Shown here: in pieces, positions 12,728-23,261 of the stretch
Layout of the letters: each line of letters starts with the position of its first letter
Position numbering within the stretch: the stretch's first letter is position 1
Source of the DNA: an uncultured Thermoplasmatales archaeon
GTDB lineage: Archaea > Thermoplasmatota > E2 > DHVEG-1
Direction of reading: 5' to 3'
Length of the DNA stretch: 38,181 nucleotides
Assembly (NCBI GenBank): GCA_964517155.1
Contig: CAZFAZ010000032.1
Span: forward strand, 1 to 38,181
The notes under the pieces: generated by a model
Told to the model about the DNA's origin: nothing
Database searches by the model: none
The model's input: the letters and a program-made list of their open reading frames with translations, nothing else
Program-made: the position numbers and the translations under genes

Positions 12728-15700
12728 TTATTGATTTTTTTGTTTTTTCATCTTTTTTACAACAAATATTGTAATTAATACAAAGATGACTGCTATTGCT
12801 GTCAGTAATAACAAAGCTGCATTTGGCGTAAGTGTAACATTTATTATTTCTGAATCAGAAGTGTATTCTGCTCCTGATGTATCAATTACTTTTGTATAAA
12901 ACTTGTAATAACCGTTTCCATGAGATGCAGTAAACTTCCATTCAAAAGGAGCTGATGTTATGTCATCTCCTGCTTGTTTTACTTCACTCCAGTTTTTGTT
13001 ATCAGATGAATATTGATAAAATAATTTTGCTGCATCAACAGATATATCCAAAGGTATATTTGCTTTAACTGTATAGGTATCACCTATTTTTAATGCTGAA
13101 AAATCAGTTAAATCAACATAAAGCTGAGAGTTATTTTCATCTTTTATCACTTTAGGAGTATTTCCCTGTGTTGTTTGATAACTATTACCTGCGGTGTCCT
13201 TTACTTTGAAATAAATATAATGCTCTGCATCTACTGTAAAATCTGCCCATTTATCATCAGATAAAACCCATTTAACAGTTGCATTTTGTTTACCTTTGAT
13301 ATCATCTTTTATTTCGCTCCAATCTACTTCATTGTCAAGTCTATAATACAAGCTTTCTAAACTGTAATCCTCATATAATTCAAGATTAAAACTTGGTATT
13401 TCTATAAACTTGTAAACTTCATTAAAAACATTTTCGATAAGTGGATCTGTATTATCAAAGAAGAATTCAACAATTTTACTTGTTTTAACATCTTCTTTGT
13501 TGCCGGCTTTATCAAGAGCTATTGTTATAATTTTGTAATAACCGCTCTCTAAGTTTCTACCAAACTCCCATGAATATATGATAGGTGTTAAATTATCTTC
13601 ATAGTATCTCCAGTCGCTCCAAGAACCTGCAGATTTGTTTCTGCTGTATTGATACATTAATGAAACATATCTAATACCACTTACACTATCTGCAGGGCTG
13701 GTATTATCTTCTGCTTCAGCTTTAAAAGGTACAAGACTGTTATAACTATCTTTAAAACTGGTTCTATTTAAGATATTTGATTCAGGTGGAATTACATCTG
13801 TTTTAAAAGTAACAAGACTGCTGTATGCTTGATTGCCAGCAAGATCCTTTATTGTGAAAGTGATATTTACATATTTTTGTATGCTGAGACCATGTCTCTC
13901 AAGGTTTGCAACTATACGTGCTTTAGCTACTCCAGAACTAACAGAAGACGTTGCTTGAATCCAATCAGATACTTTTGATTTACCCGTATTTTTCTCAATA
14001 TATCCAATTCTATATTTTGCACTATTAATATCAAGCCCTGATTTAATATTGTTATATGCTTTATCTTCAACTTCTATTGAACATTCTGTTAAATCAACAT
14101 TAACCCATCCGTCTACACCTGGCTCAAAACTGCTATTGTCAAAAACTGGGTCTGCTTTTTCATCTATCCAACTAATATTCCAACTTTTGATTGTTGCTTT
14201 AGTTTCAGTTTTATTTGTATTGCTAAGTTTTGCATATAACTTTATAGCATTGTTTTTAAGACCTGAAAGATCATATCCACTATCAGAAAGACTAAACCAA
14301 TTTGTTAAATCATTGTCGTCTTTATCAAGTATTTTAAAGACAACTGTATTTTTAGTAGTATTTGTAATTTCAGCATTAAATTTATTCCACCATTTACCTG
14401 CAGGGACATGGATAACTGTTGATTTTACGGTTCCTTGAGAGTTCTGAACATAATTACCTATGCAGATAAGTTTACCTGTTAAATCAGTAGTATCATCAGT
14501 TGTACTAACAATTATCATGTTATCAGAAATAATAGGTGATGCCAAAACATCTGTTGGTTCTATATCTATAAATGTATGACCATAACTTGGTATGCCGACT
14601 TTTGTATTCCATGCAGGAGTTACATCATCTGAAGAATAATCTGTTTTAAAAGCATATAAAACCGATCCGCCTGTTATGATATATACCATATCTCCTACGA
14701 CCACTGGTGAAGTTACATAATGCGAAAAATCGATTAGAGGATTTGTTATATCATAACTCCATTTAATAGTGCCATTATTATTTGCATCAAGTGCAAGAAA
14801 AGTTCCATTTGGAGATAAAACAAATAATGTGCCGTCTTTATACGCTGGAGTTGATATTGGGGCAAAACCTTCAATTAATTTATAAGTAAAAGTCATACCT
14901 TTGATTATATTTGCAAGTGATGATGTTTTAAATTCACCAAGAGAAATATTCCACAGTTGTTTACCATTGTTTGCATTAATTGCTGTAAGCATATATGTAC
15001 CAGAACTTGAGATATTCTGTTTTTTGTTTGATAACACAAAAACTTTTTCATCTGCATAAACTGGGCTTGATCTACCGATGATGCCAAGATTTGTACTCCA
15101 CATCTCCTCGCCGTTTTCGATATCAAATGCAAATAAACTTGCACCCGACATATTCTGACATCCAACATAAACAAAATCATTTCCAACAGCCGGGCTTGAA
15201 ATACTAGCTGCTGGAAGTATTATAGGCGACCATAGTTCTTCACCTGTTTTTATATCAATTGCAACAAGTTTGTTGTTTTTACCAATAAAACGGCTAATAA
15301 ATGAAAAATATGCTGTATCCCATATGTTGCCACCCCAGCTTGTTATAAAAAGTCTGTCTTCATAAATAGTTGGATTTGAAGAAAAACAAATAGTACTATC
15401 ATCAAGAGGATATGGATGTATCCATAATTTCTCAGATAAATTATTTTTATTTAATGCATAAATTTTATTTTTACTACCTGCTTCGCCTGTTGCTGCAATA
15501 AGATAATCTTCGTATATCCCTAAACTTGATTCAACAGTTAATAATTCATTACTGACATCTATATACTCTTGAATATTTTCAGATGTATCTTTTAACATGT
15601 TATATGCATAAATCTTTTTATCAGAAGAAGCAACATATATTTTCCCTTCACTAGTGATAGGGGCTCTAAAACCGCCTGCAATATGATTTTCTTTTGAATA

Positions 15701-17008
15701 CCAATAAATTTTTGCGGCACTAGAACCTATATCTTCGCCTTGATAAAATCTGGTATTATCTGAATTTTTACCAAAGAATGGCCATTGACTATAATAATTA
15801 CTTACAACAATTGTTCCGCTATCGATTTGTGTACCTAATGTTTCCTGAATTCTATATTCATTTGAAAAACTATCTTTGAATTCTAAATCTTTTTGATAAA
15901 GAACTCCCCAACTAAACATATATGGTGTTACTTGAGGATCTTTTGAATGCAGAGTTGCTTTAAGCCTTATTTTTTTATTTGTTACACCTGAAATATCCAA
16001 CGGTGAAGTTTTTCCAGAATAACCTTCTATTTCTTTTGAGTCTTCATCTAAAACAGAGATTGTAACGCCTGACATATCAGAATATCTGGAACTAGACCAG
16101 ATTACACTTTCCCATCCACCTAAATTACTTGGTTGTATAACATCTGATATTAAACTGCCTGAGGGAAGATAACCATAGGTTGTTTCAATAGATACATTAA
16201 TATAATCGGTTAGAAGTTTGAATGTTTTCTGATCATCAACTGGCTTGCCGATTACTAAAAAATCTAAATAACCATCTTCGCTGATATATTTCCCATCATC
16301 GATATATAGTATATCTGGTAGTTTTTCTCCTGCTGATTCTCTACCTATTTTTGTATTACTATATGTTACATACAAATCAGAAGGGTTTGTCCATTGTGGC
16401 AGTATAGACCCATATGTCCATAGATACATTCTTATTTCTTGTAAATTATTGAAAAATTGCCCAGTTTGATAATCTCCAAACCACCATTTAATAGTTAATT
16501 TTTTAATATTTGAAATATCCTGATCTATTTTTACACGGAATCGATGAACAGGATACTGGCTGTAATCTTTTGTAACAAGATACGATGAAGTTGTACTTAT
16601 TGTTTTATTGTCAGCAGCAGATAATTTATCTGATTTTACAGAGGTACTTATCTCATTTTCCATTAAAAAAGCATCAGGGCTTAAAAATTGGCTAAGCATG
16701 CCTGGAAGATTTCCTTTGGAAAGCATACTCCAGTTTGTTTCCCATATTTTTATATTATTTGGTGTAATATCATAACCGTAGTCGTGTTCAGGAGTTCCTT
16801 GTTTCAAGTAAAAATATTGTTTGCCTGAATTATATACACATGAAACATTTGTTACATCATCTTCATTGGCAAAATCATCAAAATAAAGACCCTCATCCGG
16901 ATAGTGGACAAGCTCTGCAGATACATTAAATACAAAAATATTACTAAGTATTACTAACAAAATTAGTATAATTGAGATTAAATTACTTCTTAATTTAGGT
17001 ATTTTCAT
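12728..17008 (-). CDS. Large cell-surface protein with PQQ-like beta-propeller, beta-sandwich/Ig-like domains and C-terminal membrane anchor
   Basis: Signal peptide; repeated SSP(A/V)...VYV and A(I/L)D..(T/N)G...W propeller blades; DLAGN/DKAGN/DTAGN Ig-like repeats; C-terminal TM helix with Lys-rich tail. Confidence 0.8.
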   Translation of the reverse strand: MKIPKLRSNLISIILILLVILSNIFVFNVSAELVHYPDEGLYFDDFANEDDVTNVSCVYNSGKQYFYLKQGTPEHDYGYDITPNNIKIWETNWSMLSKGNLPGMLSQFLSPDAFLMENEISTSVKSDKLSAADNKTISTTSSYLVTKDYSQYPVHRFRVKIDQDISNIKKLTIKWWFGDYQTGQFFNNLQEIRMYLWTYGSILPQWTNPSDLYVTYSNTKIGRESAGEKLPDILYIDDGKYISEDGYLDFLVIGKPVDDQKTFKLLTDYINVSIETTYGYLPSGSLISDVIQPSNLGGWESVIWSSSRYSDMSGVTISVLDEDSKEIEGYSGKTSPLDISGVTNKKIRLKATLHSKDPQVTPYMFSWGVLYQKDLEFKDSFSNEYRIQETLGTQIDSGTIVVSNYYSQWPFFGKNSDNTRFYQGEDIGSSAAKIYWYSKENHIAGGFRAPITSEGKIYVASSDKKIYAYNMLKDTSENIQEYIDVSNELLTVESSLGIYEDYLIAATGEAGSKNKIYALNKNNLSEKLWIHPYPLDDSTICFSSNPTIYEDRLFITSWGGNIWDTAYFSFISRFIGKNNKLVAIDIKTGEELWSPIILPAASISSPAVGNDFVYVGCQNMSGASLFAFDIENGEEMWSTNLGIIGRSSPVYADEKVFVLSNKKQNISSSGTYMLTAINANNGKQLWNISLGEFKTSSLANIIKGMTFTYKLIEGFAPISTPAYKDGTLFVLSPNGTFLALDANNNGTIKWSYDITNPLIDFSHYVTSPVVVGDMVYIITGGSVLYAFKTDYSSDDVTPAWNTKVGIPSYGHTFIDIEPTDVLASPIISDNMIIVSTTDDTTDLTGKLICIGNYVQNSQGTVKSTVIHVPAGKWWNKFNAEITNTTKNTVVFKILDKDDNDLTNWFSLSDSGYDLSGLKNNAIKLYAKLSNTNKTETKATIKSWNISWIDEKADPVFDNSSFEPGVDGWVNVDLTECSIEVEDKAYNNIKSGLDINSAKYRIGYIEKNTGKSKVSDWIQATSSVSSGVAKARIVANLERHGLSIQKYVNITFTIKDLAGNQAYSSLVTFKTDVIPPESNILNRTSFKDSYNSLVPFKAEAEDNTSPADSVSGIRYVSLMYQYSRNKSAGSWSDWRYYEDNLTPIIYSWEFGRNLESGYYKIITIALDKAGNKEDVKTSKIVEFFFDNTDPLIENVFNEVYKFIEIPSFNLELYEDYSLESLYYRLDNEVDWSEIKDDIKGKQNATVKWVLSDDKWADFTVDAEHYIYFKVKDTAGNSYQTTQGNTPKVIKDENNSQLYVDLTDFSALKIGDTYTVKANIPLDISVDAAKLFYQYSSDNKNWSEVKQAGDDITSAPFEWKFTASHGNGYYKFYTKVIDTSGAEYTSDSEIINVTLTPNAALLLLTAIAVIFVLITIFVVKKMKKQKNQ

Positions 17009-17141
17009 AATTTTATCACCATAGTGCTAATATGATACTGTATACTATATAAGTTTTATATAGGTTAATATTTTTAAATTATATTATGCTTATTTATTTA
17101 TATAGTTTGCGGTTTATAAATATAAATAATATAAAAATCAA

Positions 17142-18482
17142 CTATTTTTTTACAATTATCTGGATATCCATAACATTTGTACCGGTAGAACCAGTAAACA
17201 ACAAATCATCTAGTTTTTTGAAAAACTCATAAGAATTGTTATCTTTTAAAAAAATTTCTGGACTTAAGTTTTTATCTAATGCATTTTTTAGGCTAAACGA
17301 ATCAGCAATCGCACCTGCTGCATCAGATGCGCCATCTATACCATCAGTCCCAACAGACGCAAAAACAATATCAGAATCTTTCAAACAAGAAACAGTGCTT
17401 AAAACCATCTCCTGATTACGTCCTCCTTTTCCCTTTCCTTTTACTATAACTGTTGTTTCACCACCAGATATAAACATAATCTTTTTAGAATTAGAGTAAT
17501 AATTTTTTGATTTATCAATTAAAAAACTTCCGATATTTCTTGCTTCACCTTCAAGATGGGTTGTAAGAATTATTGATTTATATCCAAGTTCTTCTGCTTT
17601 TTCTTTTGCAGCCGCGCATGCAATACTATTGTTTGCAACAATAAAATTATAAACTTTATCAAAAACATAACTTTCTTTTTTAGGTGTTTCAGGAATTATT
17701 TTTTTAATTCCATCTGATATTATTCTTCTTACAGACTCAGGTAATCTGCTGTAGATATTATATTTTTCAAGAATCTTTTTACAATCCATAAAACTTGTAG
17801 AATCTGGATAAGTAGGGCCCGATGCAATAAAACCTAAAGGATCACCAATAATATCAGAGATAACCAGAGAAACAACCATGCAATTTGCATAAGCTGCAAG
17901 TTGCCCACCTTTTACAAATGATAAATGCTTCCTAACTGTATTAATCTCATTAATATTTGCACCAGATTTTAAAAGAAGATCAGTTGTAAACTGCATATCT
18001 TCTAAGGGAACTCTTGGTCTGCATAAAAGAGCAGAGCCTCCCCCAGAGATTAAAACAATAAGCAGATCATTTTTTTTTGTTTTCTTTACAAATGAGATTA
18101 CTTTATCTGTAGCATCTAGGCTTTTTTTATCAGGAATTGGATGACTCCCAACACATGTTAAAACATTTTTATGTTTAACACTTAAAGTTTTATCATTTGT
18201 AACAACAATACCTTCTTTTATTTGAAAAAAGTCACATACTGCTTGACTCATGCCAACACTTGCTTTACCAAAACCCACAAGATAAATATCTTCAAAATCT
18301 GAAACATTAAAAAACTTTGAGTCAAAAACTATTTTGTTATCCTTTATAACTTTTTTAACAGAAACATATGGGTTAACTGCATCAATTGCACATGATAAAA
18401 CATCAAGTATATCTTTTCGAGTTTGTTTTAAAATAGGTGTTTTACCATTATTTATAATTTGATTGTAATTTTTAAACAACAT
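17142..18482 (-). CDS. Glycerate 2-kinase (MOFRL family)
   Basis: GFGKAS, HPIPD, LISGGGSAL, RKHLSFVKGG, SGGETTV, GGRNQE, GTDGIDG and TGTNVMD motifs. Confidence 0.93.
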   Translation of the reverse strand: MLFKNYNQIINNGKTPILKQTRKDILDVLSCAIDAVNPYVSVKKVIKDNKIVFDSKFFNVSDFEDIYLVGFGKASVGMSQAVCDFFQIKEGIVVTNDKTLSVKHKNVLTCVGSHPIPDKKSLDATDKVISFVKKTKKNDLLIVLISGGGSALLCRPRVPLEDMQFTTDLLLKSGANINEINTVRKHLSFVKGGQLAAYANCMVVSLVISDIIGDPLGFIASGPTYPDSTSFMDCKKILEKYNIYSRLPESVRRIISDGIKKIIPETPKKESYVFDKVYNFIVANNSIACAAAKEKAEELGYKSIILTTHLEGEARNIGSFLIDKSKNYYSNSKKIMFISGGETTVIVKGKGKGGRNQEMVLSTVSCLKDSDIVFASVGTDGIDGASDAAGAIADSFSLKNALDKNLSPEIFLKDNNSYEFFKKLDDLLFTGSTGTNVMDIQIIVKK

Positions 18483-18501
18483 AAAACTTAGAGATGACTT
18501 T

Positions 18502-19839
18502 TTAATTCATAAATTTCAACTGGTTCATAAGGTTCTTTTTCATCTTTCGATTACCTGAAAGACCTTTCATCGTGCGTTTCATTACATTATAATATTTAAG
18601 AAGCTCTTTCACGTTTCTATTTTCAACACCAGCTCCACGAGCAATACGTTTAATTCTACTAGCACGAACAATACTTGGATCATTCATCTCTTCATCAGTC
18701 ATAGAATTCATAATGACTTTAAATTTCTTAAGCCTATTTTCAGTTTCAGCCATATCTTTTTCTTTTATATTTCCTTTACCTGGAAAACCACCTGGCAGCA
18801 TCTCAGCAACTTTGCCTAGAGGACCCATGCCTGCAAGCATATCCATTTGATCATACATATCATGAAGTGTAAATTTACCCGACATAATTCTTTTCGCTGT
18901 TTTCTCAGCATCTTTACCTTTAAGACTTTCTTCTGCCCGTTCAAGTAGACTTTTTATATCTCCCATCCCAAGAAGCCTAGATATAAAACCAGCTGGGTCA
19001 AATTTTTCAAAATCTTTTGCATGCTCTCCTGTACCAATAAATACAATTGGAGCACCAACTTCAGCTGCAGCACTTAATGCACCACCACCTTTTGCAGTAC
19101 CATCAAGTTTTGTTAGAACAATACCTGTAACACCTACAGCATCATGAAATGCTTTTGCCTGAGGGCCTGCCTGCTGGCCTACTGCAGCATCCATAACAAG
19201 TAGTTTTTCATCTGGTTTAGTAGCCTTAAAAATATCTTTCATTTCTTTTATAAGATCATCTTCAAGTTTATGACGACCTGATGTATCTACTATTATTACG
19301 TCACTGCTGCGTTTGAAATTTTCCATTCCGTCTTTTACTACTTTTACAGCATTTTTTTCGTTTTTATCTCCATAAAACGGTATTTTAACCTGCTCTGCAA
19401 TTTGTTTAAGTTGCTCATAAGCTGCGGGACGATGAACATCACCTGCAATAACGGCAGGTCTTAAACCTTTTTTCTTGAAGAATGTAGCTATCTTGCCCGC
19501 GCTCGTGGTTTTTCCATTGCCATATAGCCCGATCAGCATAATAACTTGTTTTTTTATAGGAAGTTCTCTTGCATCACCTAGAATTTCAACAAGTTCTTCA
19601 TAAACAATCCTTATTACATGCTCGCGATTGCTCATACCTGCAGGTGGTTTTTCAGAAAGAGCTCTTTTTTCAATTTGTTTTGAAAGCTCTAAAACAAGTT
19701 TAACATTAACATCTGCCTGAAGTAGCGCCCTTTGTATATCCCTTACTACTTCTTTTACTAGTTTTGAATCTATATGTACTGCGTTTGCAATTTTTTTAAG
19801 TGTTCCCCGAAGTGAGCCACCAAGATCGTCTAATACCAT
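18502..19839 (-). CDS. srp54: Signal recognition particle protein Srp54
   Basis: ALLQADVN, GLYGNGKTT, DTSGRH, TKLDGTAKGGG and Met-rich M domain (RIARGAG). ATG at 19839 (track start 19848). Confidence 0.97.
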   Translation of the reverse strand: MVLDDLGGSLRGTLKKIANAVHIDSKLVKEVVRDIQRALLQADVNVKLVLELSKQIEKRALSEKPPAGMSNREHVIRIVYEELVEILGDARELPIKKQVIMLIGLYGNGKTTSAGKIATFFKKKGLRPAVIAGDVHRPAAYEQLKQIAEQVKIPFYGDKNEKNAVKVVKDGMENFKRSSDVIIVDTSGRHKLEDDLIKEMKDIFKATKPDEKLLVMDAAVGQQAGPQAKAFHDAVGVTGIVLTKLDGTAKGGGALSAAAEVGAPIVFIGTGEHAKDFEKFDPAGFISRLLGMGDIKSLLERAEESLKGKDAEKTAKRIMSGKFTLHDMYDQMDMLAGMGPLGKVAEMLPGGFPGKGNIKEKDMAETENRLKKFKVIMNSMTDEEMNDPSIVRASRIKRIARGAGVENRNVKELLKYYNVMKRTMKGLSGNRKMKKNLMNQLKFMN

Positions 19840-19886
19840 ATTAATCAATACTCATAATTACAAAACAAGGATTAAAAAGGTTCTTA

Positions 19887-20405
19887 TTAAAGTAATGATT
19901 CGATTTCTTTGTTTTCATTGATTTTTTTATAATTTTTTAAGTTTAATAATATATTTTGCCATTCGTCCATTATTTTTTCAATATTTTCTCGACTGGTTTG
20001 ATAAAACGTTGTTAGCTCTTCGATTGCTTGTGAATAAACTTCTATTGTTCTACTTAAGTCTGTTTCTGTTATTATTCCTATTATTTCATTGTTTAGTACA
20101 ACTGGAAGTTTTTTTATGTTGTTTTCTTTCATTATTTTTGCAGCTTTTTCTATTGGTGCTAAAGCATGAATAGTTTTTAGGTTTGCTGTCATTATCTCGC
20201 TGATTTTTGTTTCTTTTGCATTTCTGTTTAAAAGTATCACTTTTTCTATGATATCTCTTTCAGTTAATATTCCTACTGTTAAATTATTATCTGTCACTAA
20301 GAGACTTCCAACTTTGTTTCTACTGTAGTCTTTACATGCGTCAAAAACTGTTTTATTTGAATCTATCCGTATAATATTTGTTGTCATTACCTCCTCTACT
20401 AGCAT
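19887..20405 (-). CDS. CBS-domain pair protein with C-terminal helical extension
   Basis: VEEVMT...GILTERDI...EIMT...KKLPVV...GIITETD. Probable ATG 20405 after GAGGA (track start 20420). Confidence 0.88.
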   Translation of the reverse strand: MLVEEVMTTNIIRIDSNKTVFDACKDYSRNKVGSLLVTDNNLTVGILTERDIIEKVILLNRNAKETKISEIMTANLKTIHALAPIEKAAKIMKENNIKKLPVVLNNEIIGIITETDLSRTIEVYSQAIEELTTFYQTSRENIEKIMDEWQNILLNLKNYKKINENKEIESLL

Positions 20406-20628
20406 TTTTTTTCCTCGCAATAGGTGAATTAGATATTGATAATATAAGTTTTTGTCTGATTTTACAAAATTTTGTGGAATACAAAAATTATTTATCCTAT
20501 TTGTTCATTAACTGTTGTTAATTAAGTGGCGTTAATTTAATTTTGCATCTGAAATGAAATAAAAATTAAAAAAAATATAAATAGCCTTTTATGTTAACAA
20601 TAAAAAGAAAATATAGGGAGGTTTGTGA

Positions 20629-22239
20629 ATGAAAGTAATAAAAAAGATGTTTTTTGTGATGATATTTGCAATTTTTTTGCTATCATCAAATGTTTATGCT
20701 GTAAATACAACACAACAGACAACAGAAAAAGAAGAAAATATAGATTATGTAAATATGGTAGAATATTTTACGAAGAATAATGATGAAATGCAGGATATAG
20801 ATCCAACAGTAGATCTGAAGATATCTGTTAAAATAAAAGAAATACGTGCCTTTGATAAAATTGATTTATTCAGCGACCCTGATTTTTATGTAAAAGTAAT
20901 AATAAATGATGAAGAAGAAATAATTAGTGATATTTGGTATAATCAAGTGCATGTTGATGAGGAATGGAGTACACCTTTTGTTGATGTTCCAGATGACCAA
21001 GAATGGGTAAATATGACGATTCAGCTCTGGGATTCAGATCCAAGTACTGATAAACTTTGTGATATAGCAGGTAATGATAACTCTAATCCATTTCGTAGGG
21101 CAATAACAGTTAAGTATAATTTGAAGACGGGTCACTGGATCGGCGATGATGTATTATCTACTCCTAATTCCTGGTTTGTAGATTACAGCGGATATGGAAG
21201 AGCTAATGGCTGCGATGATAATAGTATTTATAAACAGGATTTGGACTGTGAATTATGGTTTGATATTGTTCAAAATGACTTTGATGGCGATGGTATCCCA
21301 TATTGGACTGAGGTAAATATTTTTGGAACCGATCCAACTATTGATGACCGCGGTCGTGATGATGATGGCGATGGTGTTACTATTGAATGGGAATACAAAT
21401 GGGGGCATAGGATAGGATTTAATTTTACAAATGATACTTACTCTTACTATTTCTTTTGGGAATATCACCCATTTATTTGTGATGATCATATGGCTCTTGA
21501 TCCTGATGGAGATAGTATAAGCAACTATGAGGAATATTTAACATGGGAGTTAGGCTCTGATCCTTTTAGAAAGGATATATTTGTTGAACTAGATCAAATG
21601 CAAGCTGGGCCAAATGGTGAGATAGCAAGTATGCTTCCAAATGGTTCAAAGGAATTATTATATAAAGCTTTTAACAGGCAAAACATTGTTTTTCACTTGG
21701 ATGACGGTAAATGGAGTAAAACAGGTAGTGATATGATTCCTTTTGATAATGAAACCTATGCTGAATGGGGAGACCCAAATAATGAATTAAATCAGATATA
21801 TCAAAAATATTTTGTGAATAGTTCCGATTATGAATGGAAAAAAGGAATCTTTCATTATGGTGTAGTAATCTATCAAAGCTCTGTTGTAAAGGGTAATGCA
21901 TTTGGTGCTAATCGTTTTCAAATATCTGCAAGAGGCATGGAAGAAAAAGCAAAAATGCCGTTTCCACTGACTGGTAACAGAGATGTTGTGTATGCAAGTG
22001 CATATATGCATGAACTAGGTCATTCTCTTGATCTTGAGTGGTTATTAGGACATACCACTAATGCATATTATCCATGGCAACCATTATGGTGGCTCTGTAG
22101 ACCATATAGAAGTGTTATGAATTATGGTTATATGTATGGTTCTATATGGAATCTGATTGATTATTCAGATGGTTCTAGAGGTAAAATGGATCATGATGAC
22201 TGGAGCAACATAAAATATGCTTATTTCGAACAAATTTAA
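20629..22239 (+). CDS. Secreted zinc metallopeptidase-like protein with C2-like domain and DxDGD Ca-binding repeats
   Basis: Signal peptide; DPDFYVKV...IQLWDSD (C2-like); DFDGDG, DDGDG and DPDGD repeats; HELGH zinc motif with downstream SVMNY Met-turn. Confidence 0.7.
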   Translation: MKVIKKMFFVMIFAIFLLSSNVYAVNTTQQTTEKEENIDYVNMVEYFTKNNDEMQDIDPTVDLKISVKIKEIRAFDKIDLFSDPDFYVKVIINDEEEIISDIWYNQVHVDEEWSTPFVDVPDDQEWVNMTIQLWDSDPSTDKLCDIAGNDNSNPFRRAITVKYNLKTGHWIGDDVLSTPNSWFVDYSGYGRANGCDDNSIYKQDLDCELWFDIVQNDFDGDGIPYWTEVNIFGTDPTIDDRGRDDDGDGVTIEWEYKWGHRIGFNFTNDTYSYYFFWEYHPFICDDHMALDPDGDSISNYEEYLTWELGSDPFRKDIFVELDQMQAGPNGEIASMLPNGSKELLYKAFNRQNIVFHLDDGKWSKTGSDMIPFDNETYAEWGDPNNELNQIYQKYFVNSSDYEWKKGIFHYGVVIYQSSVVKGNAFGANRFQISARGMEEKAKMPFPLTGNRDVVYASAYMHELGHSLDLEWLLGHTTNAYYPWQPLWWLCRPYRSVMNYGYMYGSIWNLIDYSDGSRGKMDHDDWSNIKYAYFEQI

Positions 22240-22296
22240 CCTTTTTTATTTTTTTTCAAAAACTTTAAAATCAATGTTTGCGTTTTATAAATTATT

Positions 22297-22851
22297 ATGA
22301 TTAATAGAGAACAAGCTGTTACTCTTATAAAAAAATACCTAAAAGATGCAGACAACGTTCGTTTTGCTGTAGCAGTTGAACATATCTTAAAAAAAATAGC
22401 AGAATTATCTGAAAGAGATCAAGAACTTTGGAGTATTACAGGTCTTTTGCATAACATTGACTATGAATATTGTGCGTATACTCCAGAACAAAGAGGTACG
22501 CTTTCATCTCAGTTATTAGATGGTCTACTTCCAGAAGAGGGCGTCAATGCTATAAAAGCTAACAACTACATGCACTTAGATTACATTCCAACAACCTCTC
22601 TTGATAAATGTTTAATTGCCGCAGTTTCATCTGCAGAATTAATAATAAAAATAGCTAAAAATACTGACTCTAAAAAGATTTCTGATGTAGATTTACCTCT
22701 AATAATTACTAAATTTAATGATACTTGCTTTGCACCTAAAATAAACCGTAATCGTATAGCTGTTTGCGAAGATTTTGGCATGCAAATTGAATCATTCCTT
22801 GAAATATGTTTAGATTCATTAAAAGAATTATCACAGGATATTGGTTTGTAA
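22297..22851 (+). CDS. HDIG/HD-domain protein homologue with degenerate metal ligands
   Basis: Matches the family pattern (AVE, W.ITGLLH.IDYE, LDKCL.AA, KK.SDV, FA...NR..I..CE..G), but HD reads HN and other His/Asp ligands are replaced. Confidence 0.75.
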   Translation: MINREQAVTLIKKYLKDADNVRFAVAVEHILKKIAELSERDQELWSITGLLHNIDYEYCAYTPEQRGTLSSQLLDGLLPEEGVNAIKANNYMHLDYIPTTSLDKCLIAAVSSAELIIKIAKNTDSKKISDVDLPLIITKFNDTCFAPKINRNRIAVCEDFGMQIESFLEICLDSLKELSQDIGL

Positions 22852-22931
22852 ACTTTATATTTTCATTTATAGTAAAAGCTTTATAAGAGTAATATGTGTT
22901 ATAGTAACATAGGTTAGTGATTTTTGTGAGT

Positions 22932-23261
22932 ATGGCAAAAAATGAAGGAGCAATCTCCGAACAAGAAGAATATATACGTTTACCATTGCCAAATAGAAAT
23001 AAAAAAGAAATGTTTGCAATAGCTGATCGTTTAATGGGTGGATCAAGGATTAATGTTATATGTGCAGATGGTAAAGCGCGTATGGCGCGCATTCCCGGTC
23101 GTATGAAAAGAAAACAGAGGGTTAGAGCAGGAGATCTCGTGATTATAAAACCATGGGATATACAAAATGATAAAGCAGATGTCGTATTTAGATATCGTAG
23201 AACTCAGGCTATGATACTTAGCCGTAGAAGATTAATACCCGAGGAAATAGATGTTTTCTGA
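22932..23261 (+). CDS. eif1a: Translation initiation factor aIF-1A
   Basis: RLMGGSR..VICADGK.RMARIPGRMK...RAGDLVIIKPWDIQ.DKADV..RY; ATG at 22932 (track start 22917). Confidence 0.95.
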   Translation: MAKNEGAISEQEEYIRLPLPNRNKKEMFAIADRLMGGSRINVICADGKARMARIPGRMKRKQRVRAGDLVIIKPWDIQNDKADVVFRYRRTQAMILSRRRLIPEEIDVF

